Assembly (NCBI GenBank): GCA_024279255.1
Contig: JAJRRT010000009.1
Span: forward strand, 2,670-66,669
Direction of reading: 5' to 3'
Source of the DNA: Deltaproteobacteria bacterium
Lineage (GTDB): Bacteria; Desulfobacterota; Desulfuromonadia; Desulfuromonadales; Geopsychrobacteraceae
Length of the DNA: 64,000 bases
This document shows positions 38,795 through 47,991 of the stretch, piece after piece. Numbering within the stretch: the stretch's first letter is position 1; each line of letters opens with the position of its first letter. Below the pieces are notes generated by a model that ran no database searches, was not told the DNA's origin, and saw only the letters and a list, made by a program, of their open reading frames with translations. Position numbers and translations under genes: made by a program.

Positions 38795-39248
38795 CTAAGT
38801 CCTCACGCTGGGTGTTTTTTTTGTACCGACAGTTGTTTTATCGCCAATCCAGAAACCGAGACAGCCGCCAGCAAGTACGGCAATGGTCAGATAGGGCAGC
38901 TTGGTGTATTGATGGATATCGCCGAGAAAGTGGGTATGGCCGCTTGATTCGGTGAAATAGAGCGCTGCAGCGATCATAGCCAGAATAAAGCTTGAAAGGT
39001 AGCTCCAGAGCGGAATGTTGTCACGTTTGCCCCATATTCCATAGTAGAAACCGAGGATCACGGCGTTCATCAGCGAACGGGCAAATATCCAGGTGGTCAC
39101 TTGAGAAAACGTGAGGGTTATCAAGCCGGACTGCCGACCTGTCATACTTACCCCTTGGAAAAAAAGCTTCTGCACTTTCAGCTTTGGGCGCGAGGAGGAC
39201 TGACGCCAGTGCAACGATGCCAGTGAAAACAGGAAGATAGTAGTCCAT
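38795..39248 (-). pseudogene. Solute:sodium symporter-like remnant with frameshift and large internal deletion
   Basis: ATG 39248 MDYYLPVFTGIVALASVLLAPKAESAEAFF; T7 run (39159-39165) shifts frame into QG..SQVTTWIFARSLMNAVILGFYYGIWG, which joins directly to a C-terminal-like KRDNIPLWSYL..HQYTKL segment. Confidence 0.6.
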
Positions 39249-39378
39249 TGATGAAAGCTCCGGATTAATGGATTGAAATTGAGGTCTGATGCTTTTTGGC
39301 TCAGCGTGATAAAGAGCCCTCTCCTTCCTTCTCAAATAGATATCGCAGGTAGAGAAATCAGAATCACGAAATTTAAGA

Positions 39379-41151
39379 TCATGGCGTAAGCGGTAGTGCC
39401 AGCAAGTGACTTTGCCCTTCACCATTGAGAATCGAGTCCTTGCGTGATAGCACAATGAGTGCGCGGCCTTGTCTGACAGCCAGCCCTTGGATTGGTTGTT
39501 CCAACTTTTCTCCTAGGGTTCCCTTAACAAAGCGGTTGTTTTTATATTTGATAACGGACAGCCAGCTTTCACTTCCCCCGAAATCTAAACCCGGAGCGCT
39601 GAAGGCTGACCTGTTTGCGGAAACGGCGATCAGCTCAAGTTGGCCATCACCATCGATGTCTGCTGCAACCTGTGGGACTTCAAATGCAACTGTGGTGAAG
39701 AGAGTATCTGCCTGCCCGGGGTTGACGTTGTAAGTTAATCGGGAAAGGCTTCCACCCATCTGCTTGGCAGACTCGTACAGCAACTTGCCATTGCTGATGA
39801 TATAAAGAATGCCCCTGCGCGTGTAGATGGTCTCTGAATTCCCGTCGCCAGTTAAATCTGCAAAGATGCTCCCCTGTACAGGGAACCCACGTGGCAAGTT
39901 GCGATCAAAAGAGCGTTCAGCATAGCCGCTATTGTCCAATATCAATTCCCGGATGGGGCCAAACACCGTGTCAAGATCAAACTTCTGTCCCAGTAAGGTC
40001 TCTTTGGCACCGTCACCATTCTGGTCAAAAGTTCCTAGGAGGTAGGGAATCTTTTCTGCGACTGCGACAAGCTGGTTATCGCTGAATCGATATATTGAAC
40101 TTACAAAAATAGTTTCTGCTGATGCGTTGTAAGAGAAGCTCTTTGTTGAGGATGTTGTCACGGCAAGGTAAAGGGGAGCGTCTGTTCCAGGTTGCCACCA
40201 GGCCAGCGCGTGAATTTTACCCTGCTGCTGATTTTTTACTGAAGAAAGCAATTTCATTTGATTGCTGATGTCAAAAATATGCAGTTCTGCCCCATCACTG
40301 GTCGCAACAAGGATCTGGTTATTGTTTGAGGTAACCTCTGCCGCTACGACCAGGCCTGATAATTCGCCAAGCGTACGGAACCCAGGGTAGTCAGCACTGT
40401 ATGTGATTTGGGTTTGATTTCTCTGGTTCGATTTGTTCCAGGAGACTGTTGCTGATGTGGCTGAGGTTGTGCTCAGAGGACTCGACACCCCTGATGCTGA
40501 GCCTTTGAAGTCCTGCGTGCTTAGAGCAGATGAGGTTTGAACGGTAGTTGCGAAAGAGCGGAGCAGTTGACCCGAACTATCATGGACTTTAAGTGCTGAA
40601 GCGGTTAACGCAAAAGTCAGTTGCGCGCTCGCAATAGCATGATCGGAAGAGGTTAATGTGTTTTTTACTGCAGGGTAAGCCCCTTGCCATTCGAGTGATG
40701 GTAAGGCGAGGGTGAGGCGCTCATACAGACCGAGGTCTGATTCTTTTTGAACTGTGAAGATAGCAGCCAAGTTCTGGTAGCGTCTGACGGAATCACCTTT
40801 TTGAGCATTTGAAATCGTTCCTAAGGGACTTGCCTGACTGAAGCCGGATCTGACCTTGGTGACTTTGAGAACTCCCTTGACGGTGTCGAGAGTCCCTAAT
40901 AGTGTTCCAGTGTCTGGATCGATAAGGTTTTCTCCGGGGGTGACGATGCTGAGCAAATCCCCAACCATGACACCCGTCGAAGCATCCAGGTTGATCAGGT
41001 AGTCATCACCCTGGATTGCGACAAGGGTTCCTGTGACCGGCTTGAAGTAGTTGGCCACATCAGCAATGACTCCAGCATATCCAACCGTCGGACCAGCCAA
41101 AATCAGGAACAAGAGAACAGACATCTTTAAAATGGTACGGCCAGAGTTCAT
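39379..41151 (-). CDS. Exported VCBS/FG-GAP repeat protein with N-terminal FlgT-C-like beta domain
   Basis: Signal peptide; GDLLSIVTPGENLIDPDTG; repeats DQNGDGAKETL, DLTGDGNSETI, DIDGDGQLELI. Confidence 0.78.
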   Translation of the reverse strand: MNSGRTILKMSVLLFLILAGPTVGYAGVIADVANYFKPVTGTLVAIQGDDYLINLDASTGVMVGDLLSIVTPGENLIDPDTGTLLGTLDTVKGVLKVTKVRSGFSQASPLGTISNAQKGDSVRRYQNLAAIFTVQKESDLGLYERLTLALPSLEWQGAYPAVKNTLTSSDHAIASAQLTFALTASALKVHDSSGQLLRSFATTVQTSSALSTQDFKGSASGVSSPLSTTSATSATVSWNKSNQRNQTQITYSADYPGFRTLGELSGLVVAAEVTSNNNQILVATSDGAELHIFDISNQMKLLSSVKNQQQGKIHALAWWQPGTDAPLYLAVTTSSTKSFSYNASAETIFVSSIYRFSDNQLVAVAEKIPYLLGTFDQNGDGAKETLLGQKFDLDTVFGPIRELILDNSGYAERSFDRNLPRGFPVQGSIFADLTGDGNSETIYTRRGILYIISNGKLLYESAKQMGGSLSRLTYNVNPGQADTLFTTVAFEVPQVAADIDGDGQLELIAVSANRSAFSAPGLDFGGSESWLSVIKYKNNRFVKGTLGEKLEQPIQGLAVRQGRALIVLSRKDSILNGEGQSHLLALPLTP

Positions 41152-41295
41152 GAAGATTGTCCCCTTTATCTCGTTGTCGTTAGAAAACCTTTTCGCCAGA
41201 AATCAGGGCGATGTGAAACGCTCTCTTAATAAACTGGCCACCAAGGCCGAATAATCTCTCGACCCTGGTGGCTGTTCATCTCCCAAAGTTGTTAC

Positions 41296-42717
41296 CTAAA
41301 ACTTATAACGAACGCTCGCCGTTGTACGGAAGATGTCATTGTCGGCATTACCGTCTACCGGGTTTGTGCCGCCAACCTCGAAGCGGTCCATGGCGTCCCC
41401 GGAGAACAGATAACCAGCATTGATCGACAGCGTAACATTCGGATAGAGATTGTAACTGGCATAGGCGTCGAGTTCCACTCCGACCTCATTATTCGACTGT
41501 TTGACTGAGAGATCGTCAGTATATTCAATGTCTTCAGCAGTCAGCATGTAGAGGACCGCTGCGCCAGTTTTGAGTTTTTTAGTCGTTTGATGATCGACGG
41601 CGATCTTATTCATGATCAAACCCTTGTCAAACAGGTCAGGGCGCTCGGTGAAGTAGACGTCGTCTGTATAGCCACCTTCCATCAACACGATACTGTCAAA
41701 CCGGTCGACATCGGTTGTAATAAAGGCGTTGAACTCGTCGTCATTAGGATCATCATCGCCTGAGGCGTACCAACCGGTATAGGTTACAGTGGTCTTGCCG
41801 AACTTGATTCCGACATCGGCATGTATGAGGAAGGCGGAGAGATCATAGTCGGCCGTCGCGGCCGTGATACCACTCAAGGTATCTGTAAATGCGACATTGT
41901 CAAAACTGCCGGTCTGGTACATCAGATCCCAGTTAACAAAGGCCGTTTTGTCGTCAATCGGCCTTGACCAGGAGCCGTCGGTTCCCAGGGTCGTAACATT
42001 GAAGTCGACATTGCCAAGTTTTTTAATTTGATAATTTTGAGAATCCATAGCGAAGGCCGCTGTATCACTGGTGCTTTGCCATTGGAAGAGGGCGAAGGTG
42101 CCGGCATTTAGGGCTCCCTGGGTAAATTCGTAACGACCCAGAATCGCATCAAGATCGTTGTCACCCCAATCATCAGCTGCTCCAGCGGTCGACCCGGTCA
42201 GCGCTTCCTTACCACGGACCCAGGCCAAGGTGTATTTGTCACCGCTTAACTGAACACCGGTGGCGGTTTCATTCCAGAGGAAGCTGTTAACCTTGAAGGG
42301 GAAGAGGCCGATTTTAACCCGTGCCTTGCTTTTGACGCTCGGAATCTGAAAATCGGTATAAGCCCAGCGGGTCTCAATATTGACTGCATCACCTGAGAAT
42401 CCGCCCCCTTCTGCTTTACTACTACCGCTACGTCCAAAGCGCACGGCACCGATTTCAACGGCAAAGACGCCCTTAACAGCGCCGTCGTTGCTGGTGGCTT
42501 CTGTCCAGAGGCGATACTTGATGCTGGCGAAGGAATCCTGACGGTCCTCAGTGTCGATCACGCCTTTTTGATCTGAGTTAAAAAACCCTTGTTGATTGGT
42601 ATACAAGCTGAAACGGTTATTGAGATCGCCATGGAAAACAAAATCAGCGGCCAATGCAGGTGTTGTGAAAAGTATCCCCAGTAGAAGAACAAGGCAAGAT
42701 TTGTAATATCTGTTCAT
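41296..42717 (-). CDS. Outer-membrane beta-barrel (porin-like, Asp-rich)
   Basis: Signal peptide ..PALA|A; alternating beta-strand pattern; YASGDDDPND loop; C-terminal ASVRYKF. Confidence 0.85.
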   Translation of the reverse strand: MNRYYKSCLVLLLGILFTTPALAADFVFHGDLNNRFSLYTNQQGFFNSDQKGVIDTEDRQDSFASIKYRLWTEATSNDGAVKGVFAVEIGAVRFGRSGSSKAEGGGFSGDAVNIETRWAYTDFQIPSVKSKARVKIGLFPFKVNSFLWNETATGVQLSGDKYTLAWVRGKEALTGSTAGAADDWGDNDLDAILGRYEFTQGALNAGTFALFQWQSTSDTAAFAMDSQNYQIKKLGNVDFNVTTLGTDGSWSRPIDDKTAFVNWDLMYQTGSFDNVAFTDTLSGITAATADYDLSAFLIHADVGIKFGKTTVTYTGWYASGDDDPNDDEFNAFITTDVDRFDSIVLMEGGYTDDVYFTERPDLFDKGLIMNKIAVDHQTTKKLKTGAAVLYMLTAEDIEYTDDLSVKQSNNEVGVELDAYASYNLYPNVTLSINAGYLFSGDAMDRFEVGGTNPVDGNADNDIFRTTASVRYKF

Positions 42718-42761
42718 TATTTTCTCCTGTTGCTACTCCATTGTGAATTTAAGATGCCAGT

Positions 42762-42902
42762 TTACTCTTCATGTGGAATTTCGAACTCATAGCCACAGGA
42801 AGGACACTTGACCCTGATGGGATCTCCACTTGTAGCGGCTACACAGGCAGTAAGAGAAAACAGGACAAGCAAAAGGATTGACCAGTTCATAACCTTTTTC
42901 AT
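42762..42902 (-). CDS. 46-aa lipoprotein with CPSCG motif (not in ORF track)
   Basis: MKKVMNWSILLLVLFSLTACVAATSGDPIRVKCPSCGYEFEIPHEE*; AAGGAG RBS; lipobox LTAC. Confidence 0.85.
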   Translation of the reverse strand: MKKVMNWSILLLVLFSLTACVAATSGDPIRVKCPSCGYEFEIPHEE

Positions 42903-43006
42903 GATTCTGCTCCTTTGTTTTATGCTTAAGGATCATGAGGGATAGGTCGCGTATCGACCCAGTTCATGTATCCCAACAACTTACAACGAAGGCTTAAATC
43001 TTCTTC

Positions 43007-43495
43007 TTACTTAACTGGGCCGGTAAAAACCCAGTCATTGTTGATGACTGCGGCATGACAGTTGATGCAACCGTTGACCTTGCCTTCTTTAGCGATTGAA
43101 CCGTTTGCTGCATATTTTGCCCAGAACCAGTCTCCGCCGTTCGGGTCGTAGTCTGCGACACGGTACATGACGGTGATTGCGCCAAGCGTTTTGTTCGGCA
43201 TGTAGTTCTCTTTGACGATGATTGAACCGTTGGCAAGGGTCCCGACCTTGTCATTGATTCCGGCCAGTGCAACATCATTGACATAGGTTGTTAGTAGAGC
43301 TCCGTGTGGGTGCTTGCCGGTATAGAACTTGCCTTTACCTGGGAACAGGGACCATTGTTGGTAGGGATTGGTTTTGGTGACATAGTCGTAAACCGCCTGT
43401 CCTTTGGCCTCAGGTAGTCCTCCACCGGCAAAAGCGATACCGACGAGGCCAATGACCATGAAGCTGCACAGTAAAACCACCAGATTCTTTTTCAT
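43007..43495 (-). CDS. Periplasmic monoheme cytochrome, P460/c'-beta family
   Basis: Signal peptide; GSIIVKENY, GDWFWAKY, single C-terminal CINCH followed by NDWVF. Confidence 0.82.
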   Translation of the reverse strand: MKKNLVVLLCSFMVIGLVGIAFAGGGLPEAKGQAVYDYVTKTNPYQQWSLFPGKGKFYTGKHPHGALLTTYVNDVALAGINDKVGTLANGSIIVKENYMPNKTLGAITVMYRVADYDPNGGDWFWAKYAANGSIAKEGKVNGCINCHAAVINNDWVFTGPVK

Positions 43496-43647
43496 TGCAT
43501 TTCTCCTTTTGAAGACTCTATTGAAGCCGGTGTCCCTGTGACGTTGATGGCTTCCTCAAGTAGTGTTGTCCGGGTGTTTCTTGACAATTTAACTGTCTAT
43601 TTGCTCTCCTGGATAGACTCTACTATCAACGGTTTATCGTGTGCAAT

Positions 43648-43663
43648 TGTAAGCCAGATTACA
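43648..43663. promoter_or_regulatory. Candidate Crp-family operator upstream of the P460 gene
   Basis: Perfect TGTAA-N6-TTACA; overlaps the stop codon of the Crp gene. Confidence 0.4.
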
Positions 43664-44378
43664 GAGTGACCCTAACCTCCTGAATTTCTTGAGAATGTCT
43701 GTTGAAGAAATATTTCAATCCATGTAGATCCATGATCCTTATGGCTCGATATGAGGTTTTTATCAGTTCAAGTTTTTTCCATTCCGCTATCTGCTCGGCC
43801 ACCGCCTCTCGTGAGGCGCCGATCAGGTGGGCCAAATCTTTTTGGCTCAAGGGGATACGGACGCTACCGTCGGCTTCATTGATTCCATGACGTTGAGCCT
43901 GCCAGAGCAGGGCGACCACAAGCCGGTTCCCCAATGGTTGAAAAAGTAAATCCTCGATCCGCATCTCCAGTTCACGGCGTCTTAAACCGATTAGTTTGAT
44001 AACTTTAAGGGCCATTTCGGGATGTCGTTGCAGCAGACCTTCGAAGTCTGCAAGAGCGATTCTGCAGACTAAAGTGTCATCCAGCGCTTCGGCACTATGG
44101 GAACGATTTTCCTCTCCGACTAAAGAGAGCTCCCCAAAGATTTCGCCTGGTCCGAGGATATCGAGGATCATCTCTCGTCCTGATCCACTGGTCCGGGTTA
44201 ATTTGACCCGCCCCTGTTTAATGAGATAAATATCGTCGCTGACCTCCTCTGCAAAAAAAAGTTTGGAGTGACGATTGCAGGTAAACATCTCGCTACGGTC
44301 GGCAATTTCCTGCTGTTCTGCGTCTTCCAGCCAGGAGAAGAGGTTGGTGTGCTTGATGTACCAGAGCTGGGTTTGCAT
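43659..44378 (-). CDS. Crp/Fnr-family transcriptional regulator
   Basis: cNMP pocket PGEIFGELSL..RSHSAEA; HTH LSQKDLAHLIGASREAV; no FNR Cys cluster. Confidence 0.92.
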   Translation of the reverse strand: MQTQLWYIKHTNLFSWLEDAEQQEIADRSEMFTCNRHSKLFFAEEVSDDIYLIKQGRVKLTRTSGSGREMILDILGPGEIFGELSLVGEENRSHSAEALDDTLVCRIALADFEGLLQRHPEMALKVIKLIGLRRRELEMRIEDLLFQPLGNRLVVALLWQAQRHGINEADGSVRIPLSQKDLAHLIGASREAVAEQIAEWKKLELIKTSYRAIRIMDLHGLKYFFNRHSQEIQEVRVTL

Positions 44379-44401
44379 GTGTTGACCCTCCTAGGTTGTA
44401 A

Positions 44402-44605
44402 CTATTTTCCAGTCTGGCGCCTAGCTGTCACTGTTTCACCACCAATGCCCCAATTGTCTGTTTCGACCTCATCAATGACGACCACGAGTGTTGCAGGATT
44501 TTTACCTAATATATTGACCAGTAGCTCTGTAGTGCCTTTGATCAATTGGGCCTTCTGTTCAGCGGTTGCTCCATCTCGGGTGATTTTGATGTTGACGTAC
44601 GGCAT
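44402..44605 (-). CDS. 4-oxalocrotonate tautomerase family protein
   Basis: N-terminal catalytic Pro (MPYVNIK), EQKAQLI, VVIDEV...NWGIGG. Confidence 0.92.
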   Translation of the reverse strand: MPYVNIKITRDGATAEQKAQLIKGTTELLVNILGKNPATLVVVIDEVETDNWGIGGETVTARRQTGK

Positions 44606-44857
44606 GATGAATCTCCTTTGTTATCTAGTTGCTTAACCTCCCGTTGGTTAATTTCCGTGACGAGGTCAGACTTGAATTTTAACACTATTTTTTGGTTATG
44701 ATGAAACTGACTCATTCTCATTATACATACCAATGATTGTGCCAAGTCTTAAGTGTTACAAAATTGGTTAGTTATGGGGGTTGTGATAATGTTTCAGGTA
44801 GGAATGTGTAGAATATTCTAGAGCTAGATAGGTAATATTCAGCATGTTTAACCAGCT

Positions 44858-44899
44858 AAACAAAATGCCAACCCCGTTTTCGAGATTGGCATTTTGTTT
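44858..44899 (-). terminator. Terminator downstream of ettA
   Basis: AAACAAAATGCCAA/TTGGCATTTTGTTT inverted repeat. Confidence 0.75.
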
Positions 44900-44999
44900 A
44901 ATTCGATTTGTTTTTAGCGGAAAAGAGAAGATTTTTATCTTCGTTCAGACTGCTACCCATTTAACTGACTTAACTTCAGTTGTTCAAGAGGATCCTGAG

Positions 45000-46676
45000 T
45001 TACTGACGAGTCAGGTTCCGATAACGAATACGGTGCGGTTGATCAGCATCGCGGCCCAGCCGTTTTTTACGATCTTCTTCGTACTCGGAGTAGTTTCCTT
45101 CGTACCAGACCACCTGAGAATCGCCCTCAAAGGCCAGAATATGGGTGGCGATCCGGTCTAGAAACCAGCGGTCATGACTGATAACCACCGCGCATCCGCC
45201 GAAGTTCTCCAGGCCTTCTTCAAGGGCGCGCAGGGTGTTGACGTCGAGGTCATTAGTCGGCTCATCGAGCAGCAGCACGTTGGCTTCTTCACGCAACATT
45301 TTGGATAGATGTACGCGGTTACGTTCCCCCCCGGAAAGAACCCCGACTTTCTTTTGTTGGTCGCTTCCAGAGAAGTTAAAGCGCGCGACATAGGCGCGCG
45401 AGTTAATCGATTTGTTGCCGAGCTGGATCATATCCTGCCCACCGGTGACCTCTTCGAAGATTGTTTTGTTTGGATCGAGTTCACGACTTTGATCGACGTA
45501 ACCGAGTTTGACCGTCTCACCGACCTTGAAGCTACCGCTGTCAGGTTGCTCCAGCCCTGTGATCATGCGAAAGAGGGTTGTCTTGCCAGCACCGTTGGGG
45601 CCAATGACACCGACGATGCCGCCCGGTGGAAGACTGAAGGTGAGATTGTCGATGAGCAGGCGATCGCCGAAGGCCTTGCTGATCTCCTTTGTTTCAACAA
45701 CGATTCCACCGAGGCGTGGTCCTGGCGGAATATAGACCTCCATATTTTGTTCTTTAGCGGCAGCTTCGTTGCCAAGTAATTTTTCATAAGAACTGATCCG
45801 GGCCTGGCTCTTGGCGTGGCGCCCCTTGGGGGACATGCGGATCCACTCCAACTCGCGTTGCAGGGTCTGTTGCCGTTTACTTTCAGATTTCTCTTCTTTG
45901 CGCAGCCGTTCTTGCTTCTGTTCCAGCCAGCTAGAATAGTTGCCTTTCCAGGGAATTCCCTGGCCGCGGTCGAGTTCGAGAATCCAACCGGCAACGTTGT
46001 CGAGGAAGTAGCGGTCGTGAGTGACGGCGATAACTGTACCCGGGTAGCGTTGCAGGTGTTGTTCGAGCCAGGCAACAGTTGCAGCATCGAGGTGGTTGGT
46101 GGGCTCATCGAGCAATAGAATGTCTGGTTTGCTCAGTAATAGACGGCAGAGGGCCACGCGTCTTTTTTCACCACCGGAGAGATTTTTTATCGGGGTTTCT
46201 GGAGGTGGGCAGCGCAGTGACTCTTCTGCCAGTTCCAGTCGCGAGTCGAGATCCCAGGCATCTGCAGCATCCAGCTTGTCCTGCACCTTGGCTTGGCGCT
46301 CCAGAAGCTTGTCCATGTCGCAATCCGGGTCGGCGAATGCGTTGTTGATCTCCTCGAATTCAGCAAGAAGATCGACTGTTTCCTGAACCCCTTCCTGAAC
46401 AATCTCGCGTACCGTTTTACTATCATCGAGATGTGGTTCCTGTTCCAGATAACCAACCGTGTAGCCATCGGAGAGGGCCGCTTCGCCGTTGAACTCTTTG
46501 TCTACTCCTGCCATGATTTTTAAAAGGGTCGATTTGCCCGAACCGTTCAGCCCGAGTACTCCGATCTTGGCACCATAGTAATAGGAGAGGGAGATGTCCT
46601 TGATGATCGGTTGTTTGTTGTAGCTCTTGCTGACGCGCATCATCGAATAGATGATTTTTTTAGTATCTTCGCTCAT
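45000..46676 (-). CDS. ettA: Energy-dependent translational throttle (ABC-F) EttA; start 46676
   Basis: [37 protein letters not shown] linker, second [14 protein letters not shown] tail. Confidence 0.96.
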   Translation of the reverse strand: MSEDTKKIIYSMMRVSKSYNKQPIIKDISLSYYYGAKIGVLGLNGSGKSTLLKIMAGVDKEFNGEAALSDGYTVGYLEQEPHLDDSKTVREIVQEGVQETVDLLAEFEEINNAFADPDCDMDKLLERQAKVQDKLDAADAWDLDSRLELAEESLRCPPPETPIKNLSGGEKRRVALCRLLLSKPDILLLDEPTNHLDAATVAWLEQHLQRYPGTVIAVTHDRYFLDNVAGWILELDRGQGIPWKGNYSSWLEQKQERLRKEEKSESKRQQTLQRELEWIRMSPKGRHAKSQARISSYEKLLGNEAAAKEQNMEVYIPPGPRLGGIVVETKEISKAFGDRLLIDNLTFSLPPGGIVGVIGPNGAGKTTLFRMITGLEQPDSGSFKVGETVKLGYVDQSRELDPNKTIFEEVTGGQDMIQLGNKSINSRAYVARFNFSGSDQQKKVGVLSGGERNRVHLSKMLREEANVLLLDEPTNDLDVNTLRALEEGLENFGGCAVVISHDRWFLDRIATHILAFEGDSQVVWYEGNYSEYEEDRKKRLGRDADQPHRIRYRNLTRQ

Positions 46677-46839
46677 GGGTTCAATCCGAATAAATAATAG
46701 AGTAGAGAATAAGGGATAATCGAAGGGTTTGTATAACACTGCCGCAGTTCGGGGGCAAGTGTGAGGATTGTTGGGTCAGTCAGAATCAGCCTGGATTTAC
46801 TTTTTCCCTAGGCCTCATGTCCTGTGCTCTGTGTCTGAT

Positions 46840-47991
46840 TTATTTCAAGCTGTCGAGTTGACTGATCGCCTTCAGGAAGTTGCGTGTCAGGCTAGGGTGG
46901 AGGGTGGTTCCGGCTTGTTCGAGCATGATGCCGGCTACAGCGTCGAGGGTGAGAGATTCACGATAGGAACGATGGGTACGTAATGCATCGAAAAAGTCGG
47001 AAATCGTTGTCATCTGGCTGACCAGATGTTGCTGCCAGGGGCGTGAGGCTTTGGGATAACCGGAGCCATCGTAACGCATGTGATGCTCATAGGCTGTAAC
47101 AACCGCGAGGCGTGGAACTCCGGGGGTGCCAAACAGGTATTCTGCTCCTTTACGTGGATGATCTTGCATGATGGCCCATTCTTGATCATCCAGTTGAGAA
47201 GGTTTCTGTAAGATTTCTGCAGGGACAAATAGTTTGCCGACATCGTGCAGCATGGCCGAAAGGCCGATTTCGTGTAAGGCTTGACCTTCGATTCCAAGAA
47301 GGCGCGCCTGGGCGAGGTTGAGGACGCAAACGTTGGTAGAATGAGTATAGGTATATTCATCGAGGCCACGCAGAGGTGCGAGGGCGAGCAGGGGGTCTGC
47401 ATTACTACTGAAAGCATCGACGAAGCCGGAGACGATATCTGATATCCCGACGACATTGAGGCGTTGACGGGTGCGTGCTGCGCGATAAATATCGAGAAAT
47501 TCGGTAAGTTCATCCTCTTGAATCTCCGCCAAGGATGGAAATTGTTCGAAAATCTGATTGGCCGCTGTCTCGTGATCAGTTGTGCTGCCCTCTGAATAAC
47601 GAATTTCGAGTTTACCGTAGCGAATGTGTTTACTGGAGACAGCCTCACCGGCATTTTGTGAGCCACGAACCAATACGGCCACCAGGTTGCGAATCTCTTC
47701 AATTTCGATGCCTGGCAGGAGCTTAAGCGTCCCGATTCCCCGCCTTCTGAGCCCCTGTATCATTTTCTCGACCGACAGGTTGTTCTCTAACGGCAGGTTA
47801 TCGAAGATCAGTAGATCATCAACCAGCATCAAATTGATTTCGCCATCCGCCCCTTGGGCGCGTTGCAGGTGAACCTGAGCCAGGTTGCACAGATGTGAAA
47901 CCTGGCGATGTCCCAGACTGTAGAGGGCCGCGTTCGCCGCTGCCGTTGTCAGGCGTCGAATGAAAGCATGAATATTTTCAGGGTTCGACAT
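46840..47991 (-). CDS. HD-GYP cyclic-dinucleotide phosphodiesterase
   Basis: YTHS.NV, HDVGK, HP.KG, EHHMRYDGSGYP, DFFDALRTHRSYR. Confidence 0.9.
   Translation of the reverse strand: MSNPENIHAFIRRLTTAAANAALYSLGHRQVSHLCNLAQVHLQRAQGADGEINLMLVDDLLIFDNLPLENNLSVEKMIQGLRRRGIGTLKLLPGIEIEEIRNLVAVLVRGSQNAGEAVSSKHIRYGKLEIRYSEGSTTDHETAANQIFEQFPSLAEIQEDELTEFLDIYRAARTRQRLNVVGISDIVSGFVDAFSSNADPLLALAPLRGLDEYTYTHSTNVCVLNLAQARLLGIEGQALHEIGLSAMLHDVGKLFVPAEILQKPSQLDDQEWAIMQDHPRKGAEYLFGTPGVPRLAVVTAYEHHMRYDGSGYPKASRPWQQHLVSQMTTISDFFDALRTHRSYRESLTLDAVAGIMLEQAGTTLHPSLTRNFLKAISQLDSLK

Noticed and set aside
39021-39455. 144-aa ORF as a real gene
   Set aside because: Only its middle (from ATG 39248) is meaningful, as the frameshifted N-terminus of the symporter remnant; the 5' part overlaps the VCBS gene
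44730-44748. TGGCAC-N5-TTGG (minus strand) as a sigma54 promoter for the tautomerase gene
   Set aside because: The -12 element is GG rather than the near-invariant GC
44844-45161. Plus-strand 105-aa ORF
   Set aside because: Spans a terminator hairpin and the antisense 3' end of ettA
47010-47702. 230-aa alternate-frame ORF inside the HD-GYP gene, and the many antisense ORFs in guaB, guaA, ettA, M16C and the CoA-transferase
   Set aside because: Fully nested in well-supported genes with no motifs; expected shadow ORFs
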